From Octopus bimaculoides (lineage: Eukaryota): 64,000 bases of DNA. Of the stretch, positions 14,225 to 28,615 are shown one piece after another. The notes under the pieces were generated by a model that saw only the letters and a program-made list of their open reading frames with translations, made no database searches and was not told where the DNA came from. Where the stretch lies: contig NC_068999.1 in the NCBI RefSeq assembly GCF_001194135.2, forward strand, positions 13,685,905 to 13,749,904, written 5' to 3'. Made by a program: the position numbers and the translations under genes. The first letter of the stretch is position 1, and each line of letters begins with the position of its first letter.

Positions 14225-14600
14225 TGCTGTGACAGAAAATGAGGATTGCTTAGTAAGATCATAATTTTGCAGTTTCCAATGATATCAGAGTCGATAACGC
14301 AGAGGCAAAAACATTGCGAAAGCAAATTTTGTGGTGAGGGCCATCTAAACCATTTACCATTTGCACAAGCCACCGTCGGCTGCCGTATTTCCATGATTGT
14401 TATGGACCTTTCATAGCAATCCGCATTCCTTACCGAGATTCGGACCTGGTTGTCAAGGTAGCCGTCGCACTCCATTCTGCTTTCGAATTGCCACTCGTCC
14501 CAAACATTTACGCGATGTGCTGTTGAAATGTCGCACACATCAACCAACACCCATCTTAGGTTACAAAACGATGAATGAAAAAAGCTGGATCTGTCTAAAA
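14225..14600 (-). CDS. Candidate exon / Cys-Trp-rich open frame of unknown product (unproven)
   Basis: About 120 open codons (DRSSFFHSSFCNLRWVLVDVCDIST...QCFCLCVIDSDIIGNCKIM...) in a visibly more GC-rich patch, with a possible acceptor ttattttag near 14597. No domain recognised; it may be decayed triplet repeat. Confidence 0.2.
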
Positions 14601-15573
14601 TAATGGTAGATTTTTTTTTCTCTGTATGTGATTAGCCTGATGCGCTATTGAGAGGTGTCTGAAGACGTGGTAGCTGCAAAAGAGTAACCTTCGTCATGTC
14701 ATATTTATTGGACAGAATATTCTCAACTCTCTCACAAAATATAAAATGTATTGGCTGTTTGAATTATAGTGAAACACCGGACATACATCATATAGTGAAA
14801 AGCATCAATGTTTTCCTCAGCAGTGGTAGTTACAAGACGTCCAAATGTTGATTTATCTCCCCCTCTTAAAATCATCTGGCCACATGTGTGTTGTTGATAA
14901 CGGCTGCAGCAGCTATATCAACATGAATGACCTAGGGAGCTGCAGTCCATTTTCGCAGGTAATTCATAATATCACAGTGATAAATGTAATCAATTTCCAA
15001 GAGATGTCGATACTAGTTAATTTTGAGATCTCCTTCCAGGAGTGAGATGCCAGTTAACTCAGAAAGAAAGATGGAATTGTTAATACGAAAGTTTCAGATT
15101 AATGCGCGCAAGCTTTCACGGCTCTAGCATCACTCCTTCATAGTTAGTTTTCGAAACTCCTCTCGTGAAATTTCAAACGGGCAAGTAGTGTCACATATTA
15201 TTCGAATGGAAAATTCAACATTCAAGCAAGTAAACAATTTCTGCATTGTCAGGAAACTTAAAGAAAAGGTGCAAGATGCGTGCCCTTGAGATGAATGGAG
15301 GAATATATGCCACACGTGCGCAAACACATACATACACATATACACACACGTGCGCAAACACATACACACACATATACACACACACAATATATACATATAC
15401 TCACATGCGCACACGCACTAACACATATATCATTTACGTATATAAAGATATATATATATATTAGAAAAATTAGGTACACAGATATCTGGATGGTTGTACA
15501 TTTACAGACTTTTATCTGAATACCTTATATTTTTTTCTAATATATCGTTCCTGTACATCACCTCCAAACCTTG

Positions 15574-15610
<37 letters not shown>

Positions 15611-16204
15611 GTGGTATAAGGACATATATAGATTCGTGTTAAATGTAATATAAACTGAATCTCGTAAATCACTGAGTTCTCATATGTTTCAAATGTGCCG
15701 TAATATCGAGGCAATTGCTTTAGAAAAATAATTAATATGTCATGCAGTTTCTGCCAAACGTGTAATTTTTTATTCGGAAGCCTTTAATTTTATAGGCAGG
15801 AATTGTATTTATAATGGAGGTTACTGACCGAAACTTACATTCTATAATCTATATAACCATTAAAAAGAAAATAATGTGAAATAAATGTATGCGCTTACGT
15901 TTACTATGAAAAAAACATCAAGTTTGTTTAGCTGTCATTATATATTTTTTAACATATCCGTCACTAATAACATAATTGCTTGAATTATGGACATCTTACG
16001 AATAAATTCAATGCAGCGATTTAACATTTAATAACTGACATTTCAAATAACCCGTTATATATAAATGGTATATGCAAAACAACGCTGCAGGCATTAATAA
16101 GTTTGTTACACTGGTGATCTATATAACTTGCAAAATAATAATTATATAGAATGAATATTGCTCAACTGAGTATAAGTTAAGCAATGTTTATTATATATAT
16201 ATAT

Positions 16205-16284
16205 TTGTGTGAGTGCGTGTGTGTGTGTGTGTGTGTGTGTGCGTGTGTGTATGTGCGCGCGCGCGTGTGTGTGTGTGTGCCTGT
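16205..16284. repeat. (TG)n/(CG)n alternating purine-pyrimidine tract
   Basis: gtgtgt...gtgcgcgcgcgcgtgtg...gcgcgcgcgc. Confidence 0.9.
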
Positions 16285-16379
16285 GTGTGTGCGCGCGCGC
16301 ATACACCTATATGTTTGTAGTGCTTCATCGTCTATTATTTTTCTGAAATTCAAACGCATGTCTGTTTACACACTAACAG

Positions 16380-16500
16380 CTCAGATAATCGTCTCGGCAC
16401 TCGTGGCCATACAAAAGTTACTCGTGCGGTGTTTATTAGACTGCATATTAAAGATCGTGGAGATTTATCAAAATTTATCTGGCGTAACATTTATAAATAA
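16380..16500 (+). mobile_element. Possible CR1-like LINE ORF2 C-terminal remnant
   Basis: Frame reads SDNRLGTRGHTKVTRAVFIRLHIKDRGDLSKFIWRNIY, resembling the TRGH..KL....RLD.R...F....WN end of CR1 ORF2. Confidence 0.3.
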
Positions 16501-17061
16501 CATATCATCATGCATTGACAGTCTAAATACCTGTTGCCATATACCTGCACATAGGCTGTGAAACGAACAATTGCGATGCAATAACAGCGCCAAAAAGAAA
16601 ACACCTGAAGTAAATATATCATCCGTTGTTAAATTCTGTTTTACATCTTATGTTAAGAGGCGATGATATCAATAATTTAAGTAGCGATACGATTATATAT
16701 ATAACACCAATATAGCGAAGGCTGTCTTTTTCTCCCATCATCACAGATGTTTTTTCTCAGGTTTTGTTTTTTTCCTGTATTTTATTTGTATGTGCCCATA
16801 AGAATTAGTTTTGACGCCGGTTTCCTCTTAGTTACTTCAAAAAAGAACAAATAAGCGCAAGTTCTGTTCCCTCGGCATATGGTTTTCGTGTTGCTGCTGT
16901 TACCCAGTAAATATACGCACATATATAAGAAAGTATGTATCAAACATAAATGTGTTGCCGATATTCTCTGAGCGATATCACCTGGCCATACAAACCCTAG
17001 ATGACAACGTTTTAGAGTGCTCTACGTATAGAAATTTGAAGTGATCTTACTTCCCTGACAG

Positions 17062-17159
17062 CAATAGTGAGAAAGCGACTAGCGCATGTCTGCAAATGCA
17101 AAACGCTCGATTGGATTCAAAATCATGAAAAATGCTCTGCCACCAGCAAACATCCACAA
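17062..17159 (+). CDS. Candidate internal exon (unproven), IVRKRLAHVCKCKTLDWIQNHEKCSATSKHPQ
   Basis: Acceptor cttccctgacag at 17061, strong donor CAA|gtaagt at 17160, one open frame. No homology recognised. Confidence 0.2.
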
Positions 17160-17756
17160 GTAAGTACTTAATATATTATATTACAATTATGGACATGATG
17201 TTTTTTACATACATTGTAAGTTAAGTTCTCATGCTGCACTATTTTATCCATAAAAATCTATAGTTTTACTTTACATCTGAAGTATATTGATTTGTTGTCA
17301 GGGATTCTCAATGATTGTCATGTGAGCTGATAGTCATTTTACTTTTTTTATTTTTTATATTTTTCCTATTGCAAATTTCTTATTTCCTTTGTATCTCCAA
17401 GAGGAAATCGTTTCCACTAATGTGTAACTTTCTTCAGCAGCTACCATCCGAATCACTTTATAGTGAGTCTCCACTTACGGTAGAATAGGTCAGAAGGTCA
17501 ATTATAATGTTGATGATCAAACAGCACTCTATAACTACCCAATATCCTTAAAGCTTAAGTATTCATTTCCTTTCTAAATTATCTATATCAGGGTTTTTGA
17601 GAGCATTTATAGAAGGTACTATGATATGAACAAACACACTTTAGATAGATTAGAAATGCCATTATATTTGGATGAAAATCTGTTGCAAATACGTCATACT
17701 GATTTTACAGTCTATATTTATACAGTTTACAACACTATATAAAAACTACACGATAC

Positions 17757-17758
<2 letters not shown>

Positions 17759-17796
<38 letters not shown>

Positions 17797-17842
17797 ACAC
17801 ACACACACACATACACACACACGCACGCACACAAACACACAC
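17759..17842. repeat. (CA)n microsatellite
   Basis: Direct reading. Confidence 0.95.
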
Positions 17843-20004
17843 ATGAAAAATATGTGTGTGTGTATATGTATGTATGTTTCTATGTATACACCATCTCCAT
17901 GTGTATACGTCTACATATTCTTATTTATGCATGAAGCATCTTTTTGAGAATGTACTATTGTTGTGCCTCTATGCGTTGTGATAAATATCAACAGATGCAG
18001 GTTCTATGTATCTTGAAATGCCTCTTGGCTTGATCAATTAACTACATAATCAAACTTGTACACAATAGCATCAAGGAAAATGATAATAAATTCTAACGAT
18101 AACCAAACCACTTAAAAAAACGAAATTTACTGTATAAAATAAGGGTAATGATCTCTTTTAGAAAGGTTTCGTCTATAAATAATACTTGGTGATTACTGCT
18201 GATTGCCTGTCTCTGGACTCCTCTTTGTCTGCATGATAATACAATAGGTCTAGTAACACGTTGTTGATAATTGTAGTGAAAGAACTCAAACATAAGAGGT
18301 AACAAACCTGCAATGTTTTTCAGCTTATTGCTGCTCAGCCACGACGCCAATGAGGGAATCAATCCAACAAAATGGCTTGTACAGTTTCGCTCAACCTGCG
18401 ATGAATTGCAGCCTGGCTTCCTTGTATGATTCAATCTAGCGTTATTCAATGTAACTCTAGAATGTATAGAACACTAAACTACTGGAATTCATTTGATCAG
18501 ATGATTTCCTATATAGGTATGGTTTACGGATGAATATTGGAAATAATTGTCAACAACAGCAGTGACATCTACTGCCTCTGAGAGGCTGGATGTACGTCTG
18601 TTCATATTTAGCAGCATTAAGTATCATTTTTCAATGCAGAATACTATTATGAGAATAATATTTATAAAATTACGACAAACGCTAGAAAAGTATTTGTGTA
18701 ATTTTAAGCTAAACTAATATTGTTTCTTACATTTTGTATAGATTTTGTACATAATAAATATTTTGTCTCGGGAGTATTTCTTGTGGAATGCGCAGAATTT
18801 TCTCCAAATTCAGCAGTGACAATATTCCATTAATAAATACTAATGAAGATATAGTTTTTTTTTGTTGTTTCTTTTTTTCAAATGCATTCTGCGATGATAT
18901 CCTTAACTACTTAAATATTTCTGGCGGATACGAAAAGAAATATACATTTCAAAACAACGAGCATCGTACGCACTACATCTTGGTCATTTTAGAAATGAAT
19001 GCTTAAGAGCAAATAACGTCAAATAACGTTTAATATATTGAAACATGTAAAAACACAAGCGTTTCAAATCTAAAGAATTCGTACCTCATACTCGTTTGCA
19101 AGGTAACCCTGGGTAACCAGGACTGAATCATGGCAAATAAAAATGATTTCAATGACAATGCGCTTCCTTTCGAAACACAATTACTGAATTTTTTTTTTCA
19201 AAGTAATAAGCGGTCACTTAATATTAAATGTTCATATGCTCTTTTCACAATAAGAATAACCAAATACTTTTCATAGTCATTGGACGCTATCTTCTGAAGG
19301 CATGAACATTACAGATATAGTATTTAATATCGTTATAACAAATTACTTTATTCCGGAAAATAATATCAAATGAATATAACAAAAATTTAACATACCGTAC
19401 ATAATTCATATTCAATATTTTTTTCTGAATGTAGCCTGTATATTTGATAACGGCTGATGACTTAATGCAGACTTTGCAATTCCATTTACGATCTAATTGA
19501 ACATATATGATTTTAAAGTGGCAATATACAGACCTCATTTAACCTAAATTATTCCAATTACATCTACCAGTAAAATTTCAATCAATTTAACCCTTGTTAG
19601 TCTCTAGAAGTTCACTTCTTCGAGAAAGAAACGTATACTTGGAATATATTTCCTGCAGTTCATTTCAGTTATTAAGCCTCTCTGTCGGAGATTTTCCGGT
19701 GAAAATCCATTATTTGGCTGAATTTCAATGCAATTTAAATAGGTGTAATTCAGTAATTTCAAATCTACTTCACTTGATCTTATGACAGTATAGTAGATAC
19801 ATCTTAATACTGTTCATATATCGATTTACTAGGATCAAACTAATTTTGCTTTAGCCTGCAGGTATTATGGAATGATCGAAACTTTTAGTATATATCAAAG
19901 TGCTCCTCTGCATTTTGTTCTCTTATCACCAGAATTTAATCTGTTTATCTACAAAGAAAATTATCTGCAAGAGGATGTATGCCCGTGCCACTTGTTTTGC
20001 TCTG

Positions 20005-20340
<336 letters not shown>

Positions 20341-20374
20341 TTCGGTTGTCAAAGTTCCTACACATATTTTTTTG

Positions 20375-20478
20375 GGTTTGATTCCTAGTTCCGCCGTTGT
20401 CGACTTTACGTTTCGTCCATCCGGATACATACAATGAAATACTGATCAATTACTGGAACTGAGGTATTCAACTAGACG
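20375..20478 (+). mobile_element. SINE family A, old partial copy
   Basis: agttccgccgttgtcgactttacgtttcgtccatccgg...tactg aligns to the family core ttccgccgaggtcgactttgcctttcatcc. Confidence 0.6.
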
Positions 20479-20754
20479 CTTGATTACAAGCGTTCGTCTT
20501 GTGTCTATAATGGAAATAATTATTATTAATGTAGCATTGCTCTCCTAGTCCTAATTATTACCATCCATCATTAACAATCACTTCCGCCTCCCTCTATTCA
20601 TCCTCCTCCGCATTATCTTCATTATTATTAACGTAATGTGTTAAGTGATCCGTTTGTGTCAGCAAAATATGGCTTTGTTTTTTTTTTGTTTTTTTTTTTG
20701 TTTCTTGTAGCACATTACATTTATTTTTAAAATGAAGTAAGATCAAAATTACTT

Positions 20755-20860
20755 CATATGTTTCAGGGTCGATAAAAGATTATACCGAACGTGTATGATG
20801 TTCGAAATTATCAATGGCACCATTCCGCCAGTTACTTCTCTTGTACCTGTAATAGGAAGA
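20755..20860 (+). mobile_element. SINE family A, old 3-prime half
   Basis: tttcagggtcgataaaagattatacc... resembles ttcggggtcgataaattaagtacc followed by a degraded tail. Confidence 0.45.
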
Positions 20861-22394
20861 ACTATATTCATTCGATTTTTGCGGTGAAAATATCGTCCAA
20901 GTTTCGGGAAATCTGCTTCATTTTTTTCCGAATTTGCTGATACAAAAATGAACCGTATTCTGTCGCAATGCGACAACAAAAGCGACGTTCCTTTTAACGA
21001 GTTCAGCTAGATTGGATGAAAGATATTTTTAACAACATTTGTTTCAACAGTAATTTGCTGACAGATATAGGAAACGCCTCTTGGAAAAAAAGAAAATAAA
21101 AGACACGAACAGCTATCAAAATACCAAAAAATATATAATTCAATAAAATGGGAAAAAAATTCCTACCGTACAAAGCAGTATATATTTTTAAACACGAAAA
21201 TGTAATGTTTTTGTGAACATCGACAATAACGATGAGAAATTTTTTTGTCTCTGCTGTTAGCAAAAGCAAGAACATGAATATTATCTATAGAATAGGCACT
21301 ATTGTTTACAGATTATGGTTTTAGTACCGGAGGAAGTAACGATGAATCGATTCCAACCCTATTTGATCTTATAATGTTGCGTAAATTAGTTCATTCTCTA
21401 GCAGAGAATGTCAGACTTTCCATTGTCTTTCTTTCCTCAAAGAACTTAATGAGAAATGATTGTTATAGTTTCATTGTTATTTCATTATTCGTCAGTTCTA
21501 CATATATGGTTCACTATTTTCCTTGTGCTTTACTAATTTGTCTCCCACACACAAGCATATACACTGTGTTGATATATACTTAAATAAGCAGTGTAGATAA
21601 GATGAAATTATATCTGCTTAACATGTTTGCTATTTGGCGAAAAGGATAGGTTACAATTAAAATGTAGAGCAAGTAAAATATCCAATTATTATTATCTACA
21701 GAATTACTATCATGCTTAAGATTGCCTAATACGTTCTAGAAGCCAGTACACTGATAATGAAAACTACTAAGACTCAAAAACATTTTTTTCAAAATACCGA
21801 TGGATTTCTTGTAATTGTATAAATCACATAATAATGAAAATTTACATCGCTCTATGACAACCTACACCCCAAACAAGTTTCTTTCGTCCTGCTGTCTTTG
21901 TAGCGTCTAAGCTGAAGTGAAAACAGCATAGACTTTCTCTGTGTTCTTAACTTCTTAGAAGATTTAAGTAATATTATACAAATGTGTCCGACTGCTTAAA
22001 TTAATTCTTTTTTATTTATTTATGCAGCTGAGGATAGCTATGCATTTAAATTATGCGGATAAGTAGAACACACAATCAAATCGAACGTAGCACTACAAAA
22101 ATGGATTGAGGAAAATAACATGCTGATCATCATTTGAAATTCTGTGTACAACTGGCTGGCAATTAAGAACTTATATCTAGAATACCACAGATAAGCAAGC
22201 ATTTCAGGTGTTATTGTATAGTTCTAGTGTGCATTTGTTGCCTTATTTTAAATTTAATTCTCAGTGATAGCTGTCAATACATGCAGTTTCTGAACCTGCA
22301 ATTATTTCGGTCAAAATCCCTGCTTGATGCTTCGACCTATGCCAGAAAAAAAAAAATTGGAATATTAAAATGTCCCAATATTTCGGCTTTTCAA

Positions 22395-22600
22395 GTTTTG
22401 AGAAATGTTTTTGATACCTTTGATGTACGAAAAGAAAGAACAAGAAATCCATTTTCAGCACTGTTGTCATCCAAGGATTCACTGACATATATTTCTTTGG
22501 ACTAAATAAGCTAACTACCAATATTGCGCAAAAGACATATGCAACTGAATTCTCAAAAGATATTTGCTGACGACAGTAGACTTAAAACAAAATTAGCTTT
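22395..22600 (+). mobile_element. Possible ancient LINE reverse-transcriptase core remnant
   Basis: Co-linear motifs across frameshifts: QVLRNVFDTFD (cf. LDLxKAFDTVDH), VVIQG...YFFGLNKL (cf. GVPQG...LFLIYINDL) and IFADDSRL (cf. LFADDTKL). Spacing is shorter than canonical. Confidence 0.35.
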
Positions 22601-23344
22601 TTTACGGACCGGATACATGACTACGCAAAAATTACCAGACAAAAGAAAAAATGGAATGGATCAAAGAATAAGCAGAGACGAGCTGCTTTTCACAGCTTAA
22701 TTTCTAAGTAATTGATTTTTCTCCGTCTCTCACAATATATGTGTGTGCTTTTGGTTGTGTTTGTGCAAGTGTGTGAGTGTGCATGTGCATGCGTGTGCAT
22801 GTGTACGTATCTGTGTCACTCCTGGATATAAAACTTGTTCATTTCTATATTCATTTGAATGCTTTAATTTCTGATTTTATGTGTATGATTAAAAATACGT
22901 TGTTCTGATGTGGTACTTTTTCTGCCGTCATTTTTATGCACTTAATCGTTTAGCTGACTCATTGAAATACATTTTCCTGATTTTTTTTTTTTTTTCTCAT
23001 AATCATATATTTGTAACTTAGCCACATATTTTACAATTATTTTAGATGTCTTCTTGAAAGTGAAATAACATTTTAAATGTAAGGCATGAATCAAAGACAT
23101 AAAATAAAATTATTGAAAATTCATCATGATTTCTATATTGTTTTAATATAAAAACAATGAATATTAATATCGAAGTTATTTTATTTTACGCGAAATATTA
23201 TCTTCGTAACCATTTTCAGAAGTGTCTATGTTTCGAAATCATAGTACATGTAAAGTAACGATAGCAATATCGTAGGATAAATGCAATGCATAGATTATTT
23301 TTGCATACATAATTAGATATGACTATCACAATTTACTCCTTTCT

Positions 23345-24343
23345 TCAGGTTAGGTGCTTCGAAACAGTTGTTATGCGTCAAACAACTGACAAGGACGCTG
23401 CCATGTTTACGAATGGTTTTCACGCTTTAGTTATCGTCACGTCTCGCTTGAAGAATAATGTCGTCCAGGGCGATCGCCGTCCTCCCGAACGAATGAAAAT
23501 ATCACGTAAATTCATGCTCTGATCTTGCAGGACAATCGGCGATCAATTGAAAAATTTGTTGATATGAATGGTGTATCCTGGAACTCCAGCTAACGAATTT
23601 AGAACGAGGAGTCGCGAATGAAATAAGTTGCAGTCAAAAGCAGTCAAGACTAAAGGCATGTCGTGAATTAAAAGACAGTTGGCAGTTGACCCAAACTTTT
23701 TCTAAGCTCATCTCTGGTGACGAAAACTGGTGCTACGCCTCTGACCTGGAAACGAAGCAGCATGCAAGTGATTGTAAGAATTAAAGGATACCAGCCCCAC
23801 CACCGATGTGCGTCATATGAAGTCCAATGTCAAGACAATGTTGATTTGTTTCATCGATGCTATTGACCTGTCCACAGAGCTTTTGAGCCACCTGGTGAAA
23901 TCGTTGCTCAGACATACATTTTGTTTTTGCAGTTCTGAAGTGGAAAAATGCAGAATGGTCGTTTCCTCACGACAATGCATCTGCGGGCACTTCCTTGAGT
24001 GTGCCATAATTTGGACCAAAAATGGCATGACCCCATTTAACCACACTTCCTATTCACCCGATTTAGCTACCTGTAAGATCTGTGTGTTCCTCCGAATGAA
24101 AAGAGTCCTTAGAAGGAAACGTTATGCAGGTGCCAAAGAGGAGAATAATAACGCGATGGAGGGATTAAAAGGCTTCACTTCCCAAAATGTTCAGGAGCAC
24201 TCCCAGCAACGGAAAACGCGCCTGGACCGATGCATTGCTTCAAATGGAGAATAGTTTGAAGGCGATAAAAATGTAAGCATGTAAAACTAAGTGAATAAAA
24301 TAATATTGCAAAATTCCGATTTAAATTGATATCCTCTAGTATA
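23345..24343 (+). mobile_element. Mariner (Tc1/mariner, DD34D-type) DNA transposon fossil with disrupted transposase
   Basis: Motifs in order: DAAM...YEWFSRF, SLEE..RPGRSPSSRTNENI, LISGDENWCY..DLETKQ (cf. ITGDETW), HDNA, SYSPDLATC (cf. PYSPDLAPCD), RLDRCIASNGE*FEGD. The 3-prime TIR-like end aaattccgatttaaattgatatcctctagta is followed by TA. Multiple stops and frameshifts. Confidence 0.93.
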
Positions 24344-25185
24344 CAGATGCATTCATTTCTATCTATCTATCTATCTATCTATCAAGCAATATATCCCTCC
24401 ATCTCCCACATTCACTCCATCTATCTATATATATGTGTGTGCGCGTCTGTGTGAGTATGCTTGTACTTGTGTCTTTGTGTATGTATATGTAACTATATAT
24501 TCATACATATAAAGACACACACAAAAACACACACCGTCACAAACAAACATATACAGACATACATATACTCGCACGCACACACATATGTGCATTTTATTCA
24601 GAAGAATAATGTCAAGGAGAGCCGACCATATTTGACTGAATATTTAGAAATACGCTTCCATTGTCAACTGCGGCATTATATTAGTGTGAGCTAAGTGTTC
24701 CTCTTATTTGACATTTCTCATATAAATTGAAAAGTCTATGCTGTGTCATCTTGGATTTCGGTATCTGTGAAATTCAACGGACGTACCAAAATATAGATGG
24801 GAACAGGTTGACATCGGTTTGTGATATGTAAATGTCTTTATGTTTTATTTATATTCTTATAAAATTAATGTGGGATATAGCATATAGAATACCTAATATA
24901 AATAGTAAAATGAAATGAAGTATTGCATGTCTTATTGAATATATGAAATAGTGAGTATTAAATATAGAGTATTAAATATATAAAGGCTAGTATACTTTCA
25001 TGCCTCATGGCTTTCATCAATACCCCGTCAGATGAATGTCAAACAGACAGAGTTGGAACCCTTTTAAATAATATATTCCTCTACACACGATCATACAAAA
25101 CCTTTTTTTTATATTTTTTTTTATTTATTTTTATTTTTATTCACACACACACACACAAACACACACACCCACACACTCACACATA

Positions 25186-25334
25186 NNNNNNNNNNNNNNN
25201 NNNNNNNNNNNNNNNNNNNNNNNNNNNNNNNNNNNNNNNNNNNNNNNNNNNNNNNNNNNNNNNNNNNNNNNNNNNNNNNNNNNNNNNNNNNNNNNNNNNN
25301 NNNNNNNNNNNNNNNNNNNNNNNNNNNNNNNNNN
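25186..25334. other. Assembly gap (N-run)
   Basis: n-run between (CA)n and (TA)n. Confidence 0.99.
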
Positions 25335-26667
25335 ATATATATATATATATACATACATACGTATATATAAATATGTCCGTGTCTTTATCCCACCCCGCAC
25401 AACTGCTTCACAAACGGCGTTGATTTGTTTACATCTCCTTAACTTAGCTTTTCAGCATAAGAGACTTATAGAATAAGTACCAAACATTCAAAACGTAAGT
25501 TTTGGGGTTCCTACCGTGTATTAATCTTCACGGAAAGACTAAAACAAGGAAATGCAAACATCATCGTTTTGTAAATTTAATTTATTTCTCCTAAATATCG
25601 TATACTAGAAAACAACAGGTTACAGGGAAGTGAGCAATACATACAGATGAATTACAAAATGCAACTGAACAGTTTATTTTTCTTTGTACAAATTTAGCAG
25701 TCTAAGATATCATCGTTCATACACATTTACGGTTTAACAAGTTCTTTTAGTTACTAGAAATTTACTGGGATCTGAGTGCCGAATCGGAAGGAAATCTTTA
25801 ACTACAAAATTCGTTACGAGTTTACCGAAGAAATGTTTCTCATCTCGAAACTGCCAGCGATTTAATCATTTTAACACTTACTACACGAAATAAAATATGA
25901 TATAAAAATTGTAAATGTGTGATCCATCTTATTTTATCTTCGTGAATCCGTATTAGTTTTGGTACAATTCAAATCAGCTATTGTCCCATGCAATATCGCG
26001 TAAACCAGTGATCAAATACTATGATGCATATATCAGGGAAATAAGTATTTTTTCACGTCAACAGGTTTTGAGGTGTCCGGTTGTTTCTGATTTTACTTTG
26101 TATAAATTGTCCCAGAATCACACCTTTTATATTTCACGTTAGGAATATTTAAAAAAAAATAGATATATGTAATTAGTATTCAAATTGTTGCTAAATACAG
26201 ATCTCTTAAATTTAGGTACCTTTAAGCAGTAATGTAAAAGAGAATACTGCTTATAATGTGCATCTGAATAAATTGCTGAAGTATTTACCGTCAATGTTTC
26301 CAAAAGGATTTTGGTCCATATTCAATGCACGTACTTATGATACACGTAACATATTTTTATTCATTTAGAGAAAGATCTTTCCTCGTCATTCTGAAATTTA
26401 CAGTGTATGTGCAGAAAATTACAACATCAACATATTTGAATGAACAATTTGAAATATTATATTTGCACACATTTTAAATATTAAGTGTTCATCTCCCATA
26501 AAATTAGTAAGTACCATTATATCCATACTTAACTGTAATACCATATACATGCTAGCTGTACTTCGCAATACATAAGTATATACTAACAAACATCGATACA
26601 TATACACACACGCACGCACACAAATACATACACAACGCACTCAAATATAGACACATATATACATGTC

Positions 26668-26677
<10 letters not shown>

Positions 26678-26738
<61 letters not shown>
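26678..26738. repeat. (TA)n microsatellite
   Basis: Direct reading. Confidence 0.97.
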
Positions 26739-26743
<5 letters not shown>

Positions 26744-27391
26744 CAGACGCATACATAGACGATTTCACTACCATCCGCATGAAAGCGTGCGCGAACACAG
26801 ACTCACACACACGCGCGTAAATATATAATGATAGTGACAATGTCTCTGATTGTCAGAGGAATGTTTATGCATGTATGCCAATCGATAAAAAATAATTATT
26901 CAAACATAACTGCAAAAGAAAACCAAAAATACAAATGTGATTAATTGTAGTGAATAAAAATAGTGGAATTTAACTTATTCTGGGAATATTTTATGCATCT
27001 GAAGGAACACTATATAGGGTGTCCATTCATTTCGATAGTATTTTTTCTAATTTATTAATTGAAATATATTGATATACTGCATCTGTATCATTTCCTAAAG
27101 AAAAGCAAAGTGAATTCTATTCAGTTTGTACCAGACTTCTTTGTTTTCTGTACATGAATAGGTATAATTAAACTGTAATAAATACATTTATGGTATAATG
27201 CATGTTAGGCCCCTAAAAATGCAATATACATGATACTGAAAATTACTTTAAAATAGTAATTATCGTTCTTTTTCATAACTGACACACGCTACTTCAAAGA
27301 ATATTTATAGATACGGTGTGTATAGAGAAAATTAAATATAAACACACAAACGCATACATACACATTCTTACACATACATTATGAATATATG

Positions 27392-27435
<44 letters not shown>

Positions 27436-28464
27436 TATGTATATATACAGTTACTGTGTGTATGAGTATATGTACCTTTGCACACCGTTACGTGAATACA
27501 TGTGCGTACGTATGTATTGACGTGTTTACGTGTGTTTAGATTCATGTACATGTATAAAGTATTATTTTTATTTAGTTCTTTCTGTCTGATGTGAGGAGGA
27601 CTTTCCATGAAAGTTGCCAGTCCTCGGAGAATACTGAAACTCATTTTGTGAATGGTACTGTTAATATGTTTAACAGCTGTACGAATTTCTTGAGGGGAAC
27701 GCCGATTCCAGACGGTCTGATAAAGAATTTTGGACATATGAAATTTGGAAATGCAAAATACGTCTCTCCTTCATTAGAGAAGCCACAATATGAGGGTTCT
27801 TCAAGGATGGGAGTTAATTATATTATCAATAAAATAGAGAGAGTGAGAGATGGGGAGATTGAGCGGAAACAACTTACTTGTGAACATTGATCAGAGTTTG
27901 TCCGTCAGAAATGGAAAGCTAATTAAGTGAAAGGTCCTCCATTGGGTTTAATCCAGGTCATTTTAAATACCTGCTGCATCGTTGAAAATGTAGAAGACCT
28001 ACTCAAGTCATGTCTGATTATCTGACGTTACTAAAGAGAATATAGTTGTGAAGTGTTGCTATGTATGACAAAGATGAATTTTCTCTATTTAGTTTGTCGT
28101 CTAAAATACGTATCAGCCTTTACTATGATTATGAGCCCAAGTTAAATGCATTTCATGTTTACCGTACACAGCTTGTTTTATGCTCGTGCAATTGTTCTGT
28201 TTGAAGTGACAGATTGTGATATAGTTCTACATTACAGGACACTGTCTAGTGTGTAGACAATATTACTGTTTTGGTATATTCACTTCTCGAATGTGGTCGT
28301 TTCCACAAATTCTCGTTTAGTAGCGTGTTGTTGTTTTATTTTCTTGTTATAAACATATCGAAACACAGCACATACTTCAAATAACAGATCTCAACAGATA
28401 AAATAGTAAATAATATTATTCGTTGTCTAGTATTCGAGAGTCTCCAGATTTCAATCATTTCTGC

Positions 28465-28615
28465 AGTGGAATATGTTCATATCGCAGGAAGCTGATATCG
28501 CAAAAGTGTTCACAGAGATATAGTTTAGGTGTTTAGGTGTTTAGGTGTTTGGAAATCGTACCAGTGTCAATATCTCACCCATTTTGTTATTCGCAGTTAG
28601 TATTTTGGCTACATT
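28465..28615 (+). repeat. Diverged direct repeat, copy 1 (partner at 29948-30112)
   Basis: gtttaggtgtttggaaatcgtaccagtgtcaatatctcacccattttgttattcgcagttagtattttggct versus gttcaggtgtctggaaaacatgtatcggtgtcaatatctcaagcactgttttattgacagctaatgtcttggct; the upstream ggaa..ttc.at...agg.a.ctgatat..ca.a...ttcaca.a.atata is also shared. Confidence 0.75.

Noticed and set aside
14273-14530. Plus frame with a single in-frame TGA (ILW*GPSK) as a possible selenoprotein
   Set aside because: No CxxU/UxxC or other selenoprotein context and no SECIS identified; the near-open frame is explained as the antisense register of the minus ORF or by triplet periodicity.
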